DNA of 64,000 nt, from assembly GCF_036321535.1 (NCBI RefSeq), contig NC_087437.1, positions 112,966,001 to 113,030,000 on the forward strand, written 5' to 3'. The notes under the pieces were generated by a model, which was not told where the DNA came from, did no database searches, and worked only from the letters and a program-made list of their open reading frames with translations. Shown piece after piece: positions 11,874 to 24,049 of this stretch. Position 1 is the stretch's first letter. Every line of letters starts with the position of its first letter. This DNA comes from Camelus dromedarius. Taxonomy: Eukaryota. The translations under genes were made by a program, and so were the position numbers.

Positions 11874-11890
11874 TGGCCACCAGGTGGCCA
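11874..11890. promoter_or_regulatory. Candidate CTCF site, palindromic (TGGCCACC-A-GGTGGCCA)
   Basis: Close to the CTCF core TGGCCACCAG(G/A)(G/T)GGC. 8-1-8 inverted repeat. Confidence 0.45.
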
Positions 11891-12359
11891 TAATTATTTG
11901 GGGGCTGGAGGAGTGGGTAAAGGGCTGGGGGTTGGCAAGGAGAAGATAATTTAAGGTCGATTACACTTACTTTTTAGGTTCTGTTCCAGAGCCTTACTCA
12001 GGATAAGTAATCAATAATTAAATGTTGAACAAACGAGCGGTTCTTAAGTTGGGTGGTTGCAATCCTAGCATGGGCTACGTGGAGTAGAAATAAACAAGTA
12101 GAATGAAACCTAGGAAAATTTGGCCCGGTTGGTGCGTAATTTTCAGAGTAAGCCCAAACAGTGGTCTCATCCGTGAGCAGAGGTACAAGTCACTCCCTCA
12201 AGAAGTTTGCCAGTTAGTGGAGGAATTTATATCATTTTTATTTCATTTCTTGGAAAACCCTGGGGGTCTTCATCAAGCTGTACTTGCTCCCTCATCACCA
12301 CCGCCCACAGCAAGTCATTTACCAAGTCCTGGCCTCTCAGCTTCCTATAGAGCATTTAA

Positions 12360-15300
12360 AAATCAACAGCTTTACAGAGATATGTGCCACACAATAAACT
12401 GCACAGATGTATAAACCCATGAAATCACCACAGTCAAGATGAGAAACAAATTGGTCACCCCCAAAGTTTCCTCCTGCCTCTTCTGAGCCTTCCTTCCACT
12501 TGTTCCCACACCTAGCAACCACTGATCTGCCTTCTTTCACTCTAGATTAGCTTATATTTTCTAAAGTCTTATTTGGATAGAAGTAGTATGCACTCTTTTT
12601 TGCTCTAGTGTCTTTCACTCAGCAAAATTATTATTATGAGATTCATTAGTGGTCTGTATTAATAGTTTTTTCCCTTTTATTCCTGAGTAGTATGCTATTT
12701 AGTTGATGTACCATAGTTTGCTTATTAGTTTACATGTTAATGGATATTTGTGCTACTTTCAGTTTTGGGTTGTTACAAAGAAAGCTGCTGTCGACATTGA
12801 TGTGCAAGTTGTTTATGGGCATATACTTTGGTTTTGGGAGTAAATCTAGGAATGGGATGGCTTGATCATAATGGCAGGTATATGTTTAACTTTTTAAGAG
12901 AATGCCAAACTGTTTTCCAAAGTTGTGGTGTCATCTTGCATTTCCTAGCAGTGTGTGGAAGTGTCATTTCCTCTCTATCCTCACCAACATTTGGTATGGT
13001 CATTGTTTAGCCATTCTAGTAGACATCTCTGGTTTTAATTCACATTTCTCTCATGACTAACAGTATTAAGCATCTCATCACCTGCTTCTTCACCATTGTA
13101 TATCTTCAGGAAATACCTTTTCAAATTCTATGCCCATTTAAAAAATTGTTTTTAATTAAATTTTGAGTTGTTAATATTCCAGGAATAAGTCCTTTATCAA
13201 ATATGAGATGTGCGAGGCCCAGTATATGGCTTGTCTTTTTGTTATCTTAACAATATCTTTCAAAGAGCAGTTTTTGGTTTTGATGAAGTCTAAATGATCA
13301 GATTTTTCTTTTACGGATTGTGCTTCTGGTGTCATGTCTAAGGAACCTTCGCCTAATTAACTCAAGGTCACAAAGATTTTCTCCTGTGTTTTATTCTACG
13401 TTTATAGCTTTATGTTTTATGTTTAGATTCATGTTCCAGTTTGAGTTAATTTTTGTATATAGTACAAATATGGATCAAAGTTCATTTTTTTGCATATGGA
13501 TATCAAATTGTTTCAACACCATTCGTTAAAAGAAGTATCCTTTCTCCACTGAATTGTCTTTGTACCTTTGTCAAAAATCAGTTGTGCGAATGTGTATGGA
13601 TCCATTTCTGAACTCTATTCTGTTCTGTAGATCTACTTGCGTATCTTTATACAAGTACTGTACTACCTCGATTACCATACCTTTACAATAAGTCTTGAAA
13701 TCAGGTAGTATTAGTCCTTCAACTTTATCAAATTGTCTTGGCTGTTCTTCATCCTTTGACTTTCCATATGAACTTAAGAATCAGTTTGTCAGTTTCTGGC
13801 AAAAAGGTCTGTTAGGATTTTGATTGGGATTCTCTTGAATTTATAGATCAATTTGAGAGAACTGACATCTAAATAAATTGAATCTTCCTCCCTGTGAACA
13901 AGGTATACCTCTTCATTTATGTAGGTTTTCTTTAGTTTCCTTCAACAATGTTTTGTAGTTTTTAGCGTACAAGTCTTACACATCTTTTGTCAGATTTATC
14001 TTTAAGTATTTCATATTCAATTTCAAGGTCTGATTATTTGTTGCTAGTGTATAGAAATATAGTTAATTTTTGTTGACCTTGTATCTTGCAACCTTGCTAA
14101 ACTTAAAGAGTCCTAGTATCTTATAAGTTTCTTCATATTTTTTTGTGTACATGATGGTGACATCTGTAAAATAAAGACAGTTTTACTTTTTCCTTACCTA
14201 TCTGGATGCCTTTTATTTCTTTTTTTCATACTTATCGCACTGGGAAGACACTTCAGTAAAATGCTGAGTGGAAGTGGTGATAACAGGCATTCTTGTTTGT
14301 TCCCACTCTTAGGGGGAAAGCATTCGGACTTTGGTCGGTTAGTATGCTGTTGTGGGTTTTTCCAATACGGTCTTTATAAGATTGAAGAAGATTCCTTCTT
14401 TCTATAGTTTGCTAAGATTTTTTTTTAATCAAGATTGGATGTGAGATTTTGCTAAATGCTTCTTTTTGCATCCACTGGAATGATCAAAAGATTTTTTTTT
14501 TTAGTGTGTCAATATGGTGGATTTTCATTGATTTTCAAATGTTAAACAAATCTTACATTCTTGGACTAAATCTTACTTGGTCAGGATATACTGTCCTTTT
14601 TATATATTATAATAGTCAGTTTGCTAAAATTTTGCTTAGAATTTTTTCATTTATGTTTATGGGGGATATAGGTCTTTCTTCTTGTAGTGTCTTTGTCTTG
14701 TCTTGGTATCAGGGTAACGCTGACCTCATAGAACAAGTTGAAAAGTGTTTTCCTATTTTTCAGACCAGTTTGTATCAGAATTGGCTTTTTTTTCATAAGC
14801 AGTTAGTAGAGTTCCCCAGTGAAGCTGACTGGGCCTGTAGTTCTCTTTGTGGGAAGATTTTTTAGCTACAGATTTAATTTCTTTGATAGATATAGGGCTG
14901 TTCAGGTTATCTGTTTCTTCTTGAGTGAGTTTTGACAGTTTGTGTTTTTCAGGGAATTACAGCTACGTTGTCAAATATATTGCAAAAACTTTGTATAATA
15001 TTCCCTTACTATCCTTTTAATATCTGTAAACTTTTGTAGTCATTGCACCTGTCTTGTCCCCAGTATCAGTGATTTCTGTTTTCTCTCTCTTTACTGGTCA
15101 GTCTGATTAGAGGTGTATCACTTTTGTTGGTCTTCTCAGTGAACTAGTGTTTGGTTTCATTGATGTGCTCTGTTTTTCTGTATCCTGCTTCGGGGATTTC
15201 TGCTCTGATTTTATTATTTTCTTTTGTCTTACTTTACATTTAATTTTCTCTCCTTTTTCTGGTTTCTTAGGGTGGAGGCTGAGGTAATTTATTTGAGGCC

Positions 15301-16010
15301 TTTTTTCTTTTTTTTCCATAGACGTTTAGTGTTGTAAATTTACTGCTAAGTCCTGCTTTAGTGGCATTCTTCAAATTTTGATGTGTTTTCATTTTTATTC
15401 AATTTAAAGTATTTTGTAATTTCTCTTTTGATTTCTTCTTTGACCCATAGGTTGTTGAGATGTATGTTTAATTTCTAAGTATTTGGTGATTTTCCTGAGA
15501 TTTTTCTGTGTGGCTCGAATCCCTTTTAGATTTATTGTGACTCGTTTTATAGCCCAGAATATGGTCAACCTTGGCAAATGTTCTACGTGCCCCTGAGAAC
15601 AAATACGTATCCTGCTGTTGTTGGGTGGAGGGTTCTACAAGTATCAGATCCAGATGGTTGAAGGTGGTGTTTGCTTTTTCCATAGCCTTGCTGATTTTCT
15701 GTGTACCAGGTCTGTTGATTACTGAAAGGAATGTTGAAGGTTTCCAACTCTAATTGTGGATTTGTGTCTTTCTCTTTTCAGTTCTGTTGGCGTGTACTTC
15801 CTGTGTGTTGAAACTCTGCTATCTGTCACACACAGTCAGGGTTGTTGTGTCTTCTTGGTGAACTCATCACTATGTAGTGTTTCTTTTTCCCCTGATAATT
15901 CTCTTTGCTCAAAAGTCTACTTTGTCTGGTATTACTGTAGCCACTGGGACTGTCTTTTGATTGGTATTTTTGCGTGATACATGTTTTTCTATCCTTTTAA
16001 TTATTTTTAC
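12360..16010 (-). mobile_element. Old L1 (L1MB/L1MC-like), ORF2 remnant plus 3' end, antisense in MRPS6 intron 2
   Basis: T-rich + strand. L1M 3' UTR motif (GCAACCACTGATCTGC) near 12515. Minus-strand ORF 15468-15683 gives NTTFNHLDLI...TYLFSGARRTFAKVDHILGYK, the L1 endonuclease 'TFSKIDHILG' motif. Confidence 0.9.
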
Positions 16011-16199
16011 TAGATTGAGTTTCCCACTAGGCTTGTGAATGGTCGCACGGCAAATTTTCTTTCAAGTTTTGAACCCTCTTTGTATGGAATTAACAAAATG
16101 CCATACTTTTTGTCGTAACTTTCTTGCTGAATTTGTCCATTTTAAGCTTGTCTTTCCTACTTTCTATGAGAATCCCGCCTTTTATGCTGCACCACCGCT

Positions 16200-16600
16200 G
16201 TCAGGTATTTACTGCGGGCCTGACGGAGGGACGTCAGCCTCTGCGCAGGGTGCTGGGGCTGTAGCGACACGGCCCTTCCTAGGGCAGCTATCTGTTAGTG
16301 GAGCGAGACAGACTGTAAACAAGCGTGTGCTGTGTCAGGGGTGATAAAGTGCTGTGGGGGAGAAAAGCAAAGCGTAAGTAAGGGAGATAAGAGTGATGGC
16401 TGGGTGGGTGGGACAGAAGGCCTCTCTCACCAGTTGACTTTTGGACGGAGACGTGATGGAAGCGAGGGAGGAGCTGTGTGGGCGTGGGTGAAGACCACTT
16501 CTGGCAGAGGCACAGTGAAGACCGAGGATGGGACTAGGCTTGGGAGAAGAGTGTGGCTGGAACAAAATGAGGGGTGTCAGAGGTCATCCTAACCAGCTGG
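16200..16600 (-). mobile_element. L2 3' fragment
   Basis: GTATTTACTG...TGCTGGGGCTGTAGCG...GGTGATAAAGTGCTGTGG...AGAAGGCCTCTCT is typical antisense L2. Confidence 0.65.
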
Positions 16601-16643
16601 AACGTTGTAGAATTCTGAAATACTGCACTGAAAACTGTCCTTT

Positions 16644-16673
16644 AACAACACTGTTGTTAACAACAGTGTTGTT
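16644..16673. repeat. Perfect 30-bp palindrome AACAACACTGTTGTT|AACAACAGTGTTGTT
   Basis: The second 15 nt are the exact reverse complement of the first 15 nt. Confidence 0.97.
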
Positions 16674-17454
16674 TAACAACAAACTAAACAGGACAAGGGA
16701 GGCTTAAACTTTCAGAACTGAGCGGAGTGGGGGCAGGGACCAGAGATGCTTCCTCCTGTGTGCCGTCCTCCCGCAGACCGCTGTGAAGTTGTTTTCCTTT
16801 TTTAAGACCAGGGAGCTGTATGAGGTGCCTGTCTGTACTAGTCTGGTCTGGGTGGATGAATATGAAATTCTTTCTCTTACCCAAAACTCAGGTAATTTTG
16901 TTGTTGTTTTCTGTCAGTTCTTGACCATGCAAGGTAGTCTTAGACAAGTCCCAGGCCTTTTCTTTTTCCTTGTTTGTGAAGTACGGCCGGTGGTTCCTTC
17001 TGTATCTCTTTGGTGCATTTAGTCACTTGTAAAATCCTTTGGAAAATTAGAAGATTAGTAGGTGTTTCCACACTCAAAAAAATCAGCTAATGGTTTAGAA
17101 AATTCAGGCTTTGCTGAATAGCAAATTCTGTTCTTGTACCATAATTTTACCATCTTTCTAGTATTTCCTACTGCATGTAACGTCACATTGCTTTTTTTCT
17201 ACCACTGAGCTTGTTTGGGTCCAGATTTTCACAAGAGTGTAAGGGGGAAGGCCGTCACAAAGGGAGGTGGGCGCGCTGCGGCACTGGGGGTCAGCGGGTC
17301 CGCCGGCGGTTTCTGTTTTGACAGAGATGTGTTGTGTGTGTGTGTGTGGTTGATGTCTTTATCTGGGGAGGAGTAAAGTGAAAACACTGACCAAAGTAGT
17401 GAAACCGCTGTGTTTCAGAATGCAGGATATTCACAAATTTTTATTTTATTGCAG

Positions 17455-17644
17455 GTATTTCTTGGTGGATTTTTATGCGCCAACAACAACTGTTGACGGC
17501 ATAATGGAGTATCTGTCTCGAGACACTGATGTGATTAGACCGAATATTGTAAAACACCCTCTGACTCAGGAAGTGAAAAAGTGTGAAGGGATCGTCCCAG
17601 TCCCACTTGAAGAGAAGCTGTATTCCACGAAGAGGAGGAAGTGA
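17455..17644 (+). CDS. MRPS6: Mitochondrial ribosomal protein S6 (bS6m), last coding exon (exon 3)
   Basis: After TTTTATTGCAG it translates [62 protein letters not shown], the mammalian MRPS6 C-terminus. Includes Cys105 by human numbering, assuming a 15-aa exon 1. Confidence 0.97.
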
Positions 17645-18020
17645 GAAGATTCGCCAGATCTTAGCCTTATATTTAATTCTCTCACTTTTGAGCACCGGGG
17701 ATTAATAATTTACAAGCTTGACCTTTATATAAGAGGGTGCTGCAGGCGCCACTTGATTTTTCTGAGATATTTTTAGCTCTTGATCCTCGTTGCTGTGGGA
17801 AGTAGGGGCATGGCTTGCTTAGAGCCTCTTTGTGATCTGTGGTCCCCGCTTGGCTTCCTCGATTCTGTTTCCTGAATGTAATTTGTCAGGACTTTTGCCC
17901 TGCAACAACACTAACACTATTTTGAAGAGCAAAGCTTGTAAAAACTGCCTTGGGTTGCAAGCTAGTCATTCAGACTGTATACAACCATGCAAAATAAAAT
18001 TTTAAGACCATCGTATTTTA
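17645..18020 (+). other. MRPS6: MRPS6 3' UTR (end approximate)
   Basis: Runs from the stop codon to ~20 nt past the first AATAAA. Confidence 0.65.
17993..17998 (+). terminator. MRPS6: Polyadenylation signal AATAAA of MRPS6
   Basis: First AATAAA after the stop. TGTA motif upstream (~17976) and U/GU-rich tract downstream (~18072 TGTGTTTTTGTCTCTT). Confidence 0.75.
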
Positions 18021-18731
18021 TGAGTAACTTTTGATCAGAGTGAAAGCGTGATTTTCAAAAACTTGGGGGGATGTGTTTTTGTCTCTTCACGTACCCCAAC
18101 ACTGGGCACTGTCGCCGGCCTCACAGCTCAGTCTGTCCAGAATGGCAGCAGTGTCTGGGAGTCAGGCTACCCGGTTATCAGCCCAAGTTCAAGACTTGGA
18201 GACGCTGGGGTGAGGGTGGGTGGGATGTGTCTGACCCTTGACTCCTGGGCAGTCGCTTTTCCCGTCTTCTCATGGTTGTCATTGTGGTGGGCGCCACCCT
18301 TGGTGCGGGACCTGAGTGTTCTGTGGCCATTGAGGTCTGGCCCTGTTTCCTGTCGTTCCTCTGCCATCAGCACCTGCCTCCTCACTGTCCCTCAGCCCCG
18401 GCAGACCTGTTGTGGGGAAGTAGCCACCTTTGAGTTCTGCACCCCCCCCTTTTTCCCACTCCCCTGATGAGTCGGAAGCCAGTTGCTGTTGAGTTGGGGG
18501 AGCCCACAGAGCCAGCGGCGCCAGTGCTTTGGCCAGTGGCGTGCTGAGCTCGTAATTTAGGGGGACTTGTAAGAAGATGCATCTTTCTTTTTGTTGTTTT
18601 GATTTACTACTGATAGGTCTTTTTTTTTTTTAACATTCTGCAAATAAGACAAATTTTGAGAGTTTTCTGTCTTGGCGGGGCAGGAGTTGGGTTTGAGATG
18701 TTGTATTTTGAGATTGTATTTGGATATGATT

Positions 18732-18919
18732 TATGGTTATCATATTTAGCAAATGAAAGTGCAGAATGGTCAATTAAATTTGAATTTCAGATAAATAATG
18801 TCATTTTTTCACATAAATATGCTCCAAATATTGCATGAAATAATACTTGTAGCAAAAAATGATGCATTATTTGACATTCAGTTTTACCTGGCCATCCTGT
18901 GTTTAATGTAGTAACTTTA
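18732..18919. mobile_element. MER53 palindromic hAT MITE
   Basis: ATTTAGCAAATGAAAG...TTAAATTTGAATTTCAGATAAA...CCAAATATTGCATG...CCTGGCCATCCTGTG matches the recalled ~190-bp MER53 consensus. Confidence 0.8.
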
Positions 18920-20009
18920 GTGTAACTCACATAAAAGAATAAGCAATACCAAGCCAGAGACTGCCAAACTGAGAAAGAAATGAAATCAGCATCCAGCATC
19001 CTGGATTTTCAACTGACAGCAGCGGCAGCCCGGCAAGGCCGGAGACCATCAGGAGTTGCAGAAGAGAGCACAGCTGGCGTGCTCTAATTTGCCTCAGACC
19101 CTTATCCTCTCACACCAGAAAACTGATCTAGAAACTAACTGAAATTTCATTTCTGCTTAGCTCCAGATAATCTGCTCTGTGGGCCTGACCTGACACCACA
19201 GTCAGAGAATTCTCCTTTAGACAGTTCCGTATGTGGTCTCTGCCCCAGGCCTGGGAAGCTGAGGACCCAGGGTCCCGGGCTGCCGGATGGCTTCCGTGGT
19301 GGGTGACAATGAGGCTTTTTCCTGGAATCGTCCCTGGCATCTCCTTGGGCCCCTCAGAGTTGGTGAATTGGAAGAAATTGAGCAGCCTTTCCATCTTCCC
19401 CAAGCGGGGCCCCGCCCAGGGTGTCTGTCAGCAGCCCAGAGGATGGAAAGTGCCATTTACTAAGTCAAGCCTCTGGTTATGCTAATTTGTACGCTCAGAC
19501 CATGTTGAAATAGAAGGGGACTCAGAGGTCTGGCTTCTACCACTTTTTAACGGTGGTGAGATGGAAGCACAGACAGATGTGCAAGCCAGGTGCCCAGGAG
19601 CCAGGAGGAGCCCAGCCCAGCTGGTCCAGGGCTTCCCTCTCTGTAGTGCTGCCTGTCCCCACCCTGGATGGTCCGATTCCTCAACTTTGCTTATCTTAAG
19701 AGCCGGGACAGCATCCATCTTCAACTTCCTCCAGAGGCACAAGGCTATAAAAAGTCTCTTTGAAGAGCAGTATTAAGTAAAGAGGGTCATTAGGAACTGT
19801 GCACTGGAAATAAAAGGGATAAAGTGGAGATTATCTGGGAAAATATGCTACTTCCTGTTTCATTAGGAGTTTCCTGCAAGTGCAGGCGCTCAGCCAGGGC
19901 TGGCGGGAACACAGCCTCTTCTGTCAAATGGTTTGCGTCCTGATGTACGTTCACTCAGGTGCTATCTGGGGGGAGTTTTCCATTTTCCTTAAAGTATGTT
20001 ACGTGTGTG

Positions 20010-20230
20010 CTGCAGGCTGTAGGCTGTGTTGCATACATTGAGGCTGTTACCTGATTTAGTCCTCTCAGCAGCTCTGTGAGGGAGTGTTACATCCCTCATA
20101 GCCGGATGTAATTTTGGCTGAAGAAACAGACTCTGAGATTTGCCCTTGACCCCACAACTACCAGGTGACAACTGGGACCTTGAACTAGGGACCCTGATGC
20201 CATGTGGTCTTTTCCATCCATAACACTGAG
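20010..20230 (-). mobile_element. MIR SINE
   Basis: ATTTAGTCCTCTCAGCAGCTCTGTGAGG...TGAAGAAACAGACTCTGAGATTTGCCC is antisense MIR. Confidence 0.65.
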
Positions 20231-20679
20231 GTCTCTGTCTTCTGGTAAACGAGGCACCTGAGTGTCTGAGGTGAGCCACTGCCGCCGGGGTCGTAGCAAT
20301 TGTCCTCGTGGCCTGAGTGGTGCACGCACTTTCTTTTCCTACACTTGCTCGTCCCGGGGAAATCAGGTGATGCTCTTGGGCTTCCCAGGTCATGGAGTGT
20401 TCGGAACCCTGTGGCACAGTTTAGAGCGTTAGGAAGGAGGCTGGCTAAGTAGGACAGCTGTGCGGTGTGCCAGTTCCCCTCCTTGGAAGCTCCTTGGACC
20501 AAATGAAGCCACTGTCCCTTCCCCCTGAGGCGCTGATTCATAGCTGGACCCTCAGCCACGAAGGGGTTCTTGCCCCCTTGCAGCCTGTCAGTTGCGGGTG
20601 TTTGAGTAGGGCCTGTGTGGGGGTTACCTCCAGGCTGCATGTTCGCCGTCAGAGCCAAGAGCATCAGATCCTCTTGCCC

Positions 20680-20696
20680 GGGGGGGGGGGGGGGGG
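20680..20696 (+). repeat. G17 homopolymer
   Basis: Seen directly. Confidence 0.95.
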
Positions 20697-20739
20697 TCAG
20701 AGGCGCCGATTACGAGTGAAGTCCTGGAAGTGAGCAGAG

Positions 20740-21110
20740 TCCTAGGTCCGTGAGCAAAGATGGCCCCTGTCCTCGTGTGCTGATGTGGGGAAGGCAGGGA
20801 GGTGCGGGTGCTGCCAATATCGGGGGCAGGGGGGTTGCTGCAAAGGGAAAGAGCAGAGGATGTTGGGTAGAGGGTGGGAGACAGGGAAGCTGAGACCTGA
20901 AGGATGCAGAGCCAGTCATGTGACATGAAGCTGTCGGCAGAGGGCACAGCGCACGCTGATGCCCCGAGGCCCTGACCTGGAGACCAGAGAATGGAGGGGG
21001 CATGACAGGGAGTCAGGACGGGGGGCACATCTGGGAGACTGGAAACCCCGAGAATAAATAGATAGGAGTCTGCCGAAATGAGATGACTCGAAGCAGCACA
21101 GGAGGCCAGG
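20740..21110 (-). mobile_element. L2 fragment
   Basis: AGCTGAGACCTGAAGGATG...GGCAGAGGGCACAGC...CCCCGAGGC is typical antisense L2. Confidence 0.55.
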
Positions 21111-21579
21111 TCTCGGTGGAGCTGCAACTGCTGAGCACTCCCTTCGGGTTTGTTACCTTGACTGCTTGTGGTCCAGTTCCAACAGGATTGAGCTTCCAGA
21201 AGTACTTTGTTTTTTGCATGAAGTGGGCTGAGGAAGGTAGAAAATGAGGTTGAGGCTGTGGGCCCAAGAAGCTCGTCCCAGGCATGCCTTGGAAGCTGTT
21301 TCCTGGAGACACTTGCAGTCGTGGAGGCGTTCGGCAAGCAGCCGGGTCGGAGGTGATTAAGTCCTGTATGACTGAGCCCACAAGGGAGGACCGTCAAGCC
21401 AAGCGAGCCATGTGGATGTTTGAAAGACCACATTTGTATTGATTGAGAAGAAAAATTTGATGAAAGGCTTAGATGTTGAAAGCACGAGCTGTGTCCATGC
21501 TGCTGGGCGAGCCTGAAAGAGTAGTTGTCTGCCCGGGCGCACCCGAGGGCGGCGGCACATGCTGTCAGCAAATGCTTGG

Positions 21580-21720
21580 TTTGACCCCTCCTCACGAGTC
21601 CACTAGGCAAGTCTTATACCCATTTTACAGATGGGGTGCCCAAGGGCTAGGAGAAAATAAGTGACCCTTCCCAGGCTGCAAAGGGGGGAGTTGGGATTGG
21701 TGACTCGCAAGTCCACTTTG
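21580..21720 (-). mobile_element. MIR fragment
   Basis: CCCATTTTACAGATGGGG...AAGTGACCCTTCCCAGG. Confidence 0.65.
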
Positions 21721-22029
21721 GGCCCGCTGCACCCTTCTAGAGGTGGACACTGCCAGTGCCTGCGGCCCAGGCCATGCTCGGAGGGACCTCTCCCTGGGCC
21801 CTTCCTGTCCCACACCTAGACCAAAGCCCCAGGCTTCACTCCAGGAGGAGAGGGAGTGGGTCTGGGATTCCTCGGGAGTGTGTTTAATCTCAGGTCTTCA
21901 AAGGGAAGTCCTGAGAACAACGGAAGAAACCTCAGTGTACCCTGGAGGCCAGGCCTGCTTTTGTCATGTTTTTCCAAACTGCTCCATAATTTCCCACAGA
22001 GCTTTTTTCTCCCCACATTACTCCAGGGG

Positions 22030-22400
22030 TGTGTTTATAGGGCACACACATGCCAGGTGCTGCCCTGGGCAGGATACAAAGATGAGTGGGCTGTGTCCCT
22101 GACCTCAAGGCTCTCACAGATAGAGGAGTTGGAAATATGCAGCCTTCTGAAAACACACCATAATAAAAGAAAATAATCGTTGAGATCCAAACCAAGTGCT
22201 ATGGAAACGGAGAGCTGGATTCTTGGAGTTCCGGGGGACAGAGGGGGGGTTTCCAGCAGAGGTTGTGTTTAAGCTGGCATGGGAGCAACTAGTGCGGAGC
22301 TCGGGTGGTGGGAGATGGGAGGTGGCCAAAGTACACAGTGTGTTTTGGGAACACCTAGGAGCGGGCAAGTACAGTGTGATGGTGGGAAAGGGCCTGGGGT
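22030..22400 (-). mobile_element. L2 3' fragment
   Basis: ATGCCAGGTGCTGCCCTGGGCAGGATACAAAGATGAGT...GTCCCTGACCTCAAGG is the antisense L2 3' end. Confidence 0.7.
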
Positions 22401-24049
22401 GTAGGGGAGTTCAGGGAGGGACCAAATTGCCATCTACTGGTGAGGAGGCATTTCATGGCTGCTAAGGCTTTCTTGAACTGCAGGGACCATTTCGAAGAGC
22501 CAAGAACGTACTGTGCATATTAACTTGTTATGAAATGTGCCTCCTAATGGACCAGCTGCCCCATGCTGCCCACATGTTTGTGAGAAAGAAATGATTATGC
22601 AAATTCACCGTGGAGAAGTACACAGAGGGCCGAGGCAAGGTCAGATGTCTACCAGTGGTGGACAGGGTGGACTGGACAGTGTCATGCTTGCCCAGTGACT
22701 CCTGGCTGACCGGGGTGTGCTCTCAAATTCGGTGGGGGTGCGTTTGAAAAGTATGTACCATTCTCTCCCTGTGGTCTGGTCTGTTGCCATTTGCATTTGG
22801 AGAGCTCAGTGAGAGGTGGCTGCACCTGGAATCCACCTGGAAGGTCACCTGCCAACCCCTGCTTGTCTCCTGCATCTGGGAACAGGCCAGTATGGTGCTG
22901 ATGGTGGAAAGTTTCCAGGGCAATTTGTGAGATTCTTGGTCACCTCGAAAACAACGTAGCAGTGGGATGAGCACAGAATTTGGGGTCAGAAGCCTCCTCA
23001 ATGGGCCACGCGGTCACGGACAAGTCCTTATCTTCTCTCAGCCTCCGTGAACGAGCTGGACTTGAAGGACCCTCCCCATTCTGTAAGGCCCTGGACTGAG
23101 TCCCACTGCCTGGTGTGCTGAGGGGTTGTCAGTGGTTCGAGGACCTGGTACCTGGCGGGGTAGGGAGGTGGGGAAAGGTTAAGAGAATTTCTCAGAGGCT
23201 GCTTCTTCGCACACTCTTCATCTTCTGATAGAATAGCTGTTGTCTTCACGGCCTGCTGATGGGTAGCTGGAGGTGGGGGTGGGGGTGGGGGTCTAAACGG
23301 AACAGGCGCTGTACTCGATCACAAGCAAGCAGCAAAGGGAGCCCCAGAGGCCAGCACGCTCACTCGCTGGGCTTGATTGCCAGCATTCTTTTTGCTCTGA
23401 GAACAAAGCTTTAAGAGACGTGGACTTAGACCCAAACACAGGCACGAGGCATTCTATTCGTCCCCAGGAGAAAAAGGGTGTGGCGACCAGGGAGTCCCTG
23501 GGTGGTGGTGAAGTCTGGGTTTTGGAAACTGTGACATGAGCCCAAAGATCAACCCCTATATTTATAGTAACAGTAACACTTTACAGTCTCCCAGCTCCCC
23601 ACAACCCAACGGGGAGCTTAGCAAAAGTCAGACTGCTGAAGCCAGACCTTTGGACGGCTGCAAGGGAGCAGAGTTGTCTGCATACTGCGATTGAACCCTT
23701 TCCCCCAGAACTAACCAGCGCTATGCTGTGCCCCCTCTGTGGAAGGAAATGTGATTTCACTTCATTTCCCAGAGGAGATTTGCCCCGGGTTGATTGCACT
23801 GGGAGTGGAAAAGGCAAGGTTGTTCGGTGGACAGTGTCAGAAGTAAGGACTGTGCAAAATGGGCTCCTGACCTTTCCATTCCAAATAAGGGGGAGACTCA
23901 GTGGAGTTTCCATAAACTCATATCAGGCTAAGTGATGTGACCTGGGACTTGGCTGTGGCACTGTTTGTCCATGTGGATCCCAAGTACCTCTTTGTGGAAG
24001 GTTAGATACTGCTTTTTGGACAGAGATTACCTGGTACTGTTAACTGGTA

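Larger units (their letters stand above)
3154..17454 (+). other. MRPS6: MRPS6 intron 2 (14.3 kb, GT-AG)
   Basis: GTAAGT...TTTTATTGCAG boundaries join the two exons in frame. Confidence 0.93.

Noticed and set aside
20624..21610. Longest ORF (328 aa, minus strand)
   Set aside because: No recognisable domain and low-complexity S/P/A/L composition. It overlaps L2 and MIR remnants and a G17 run, consistent with a chance ORF in GC-rich DNA.
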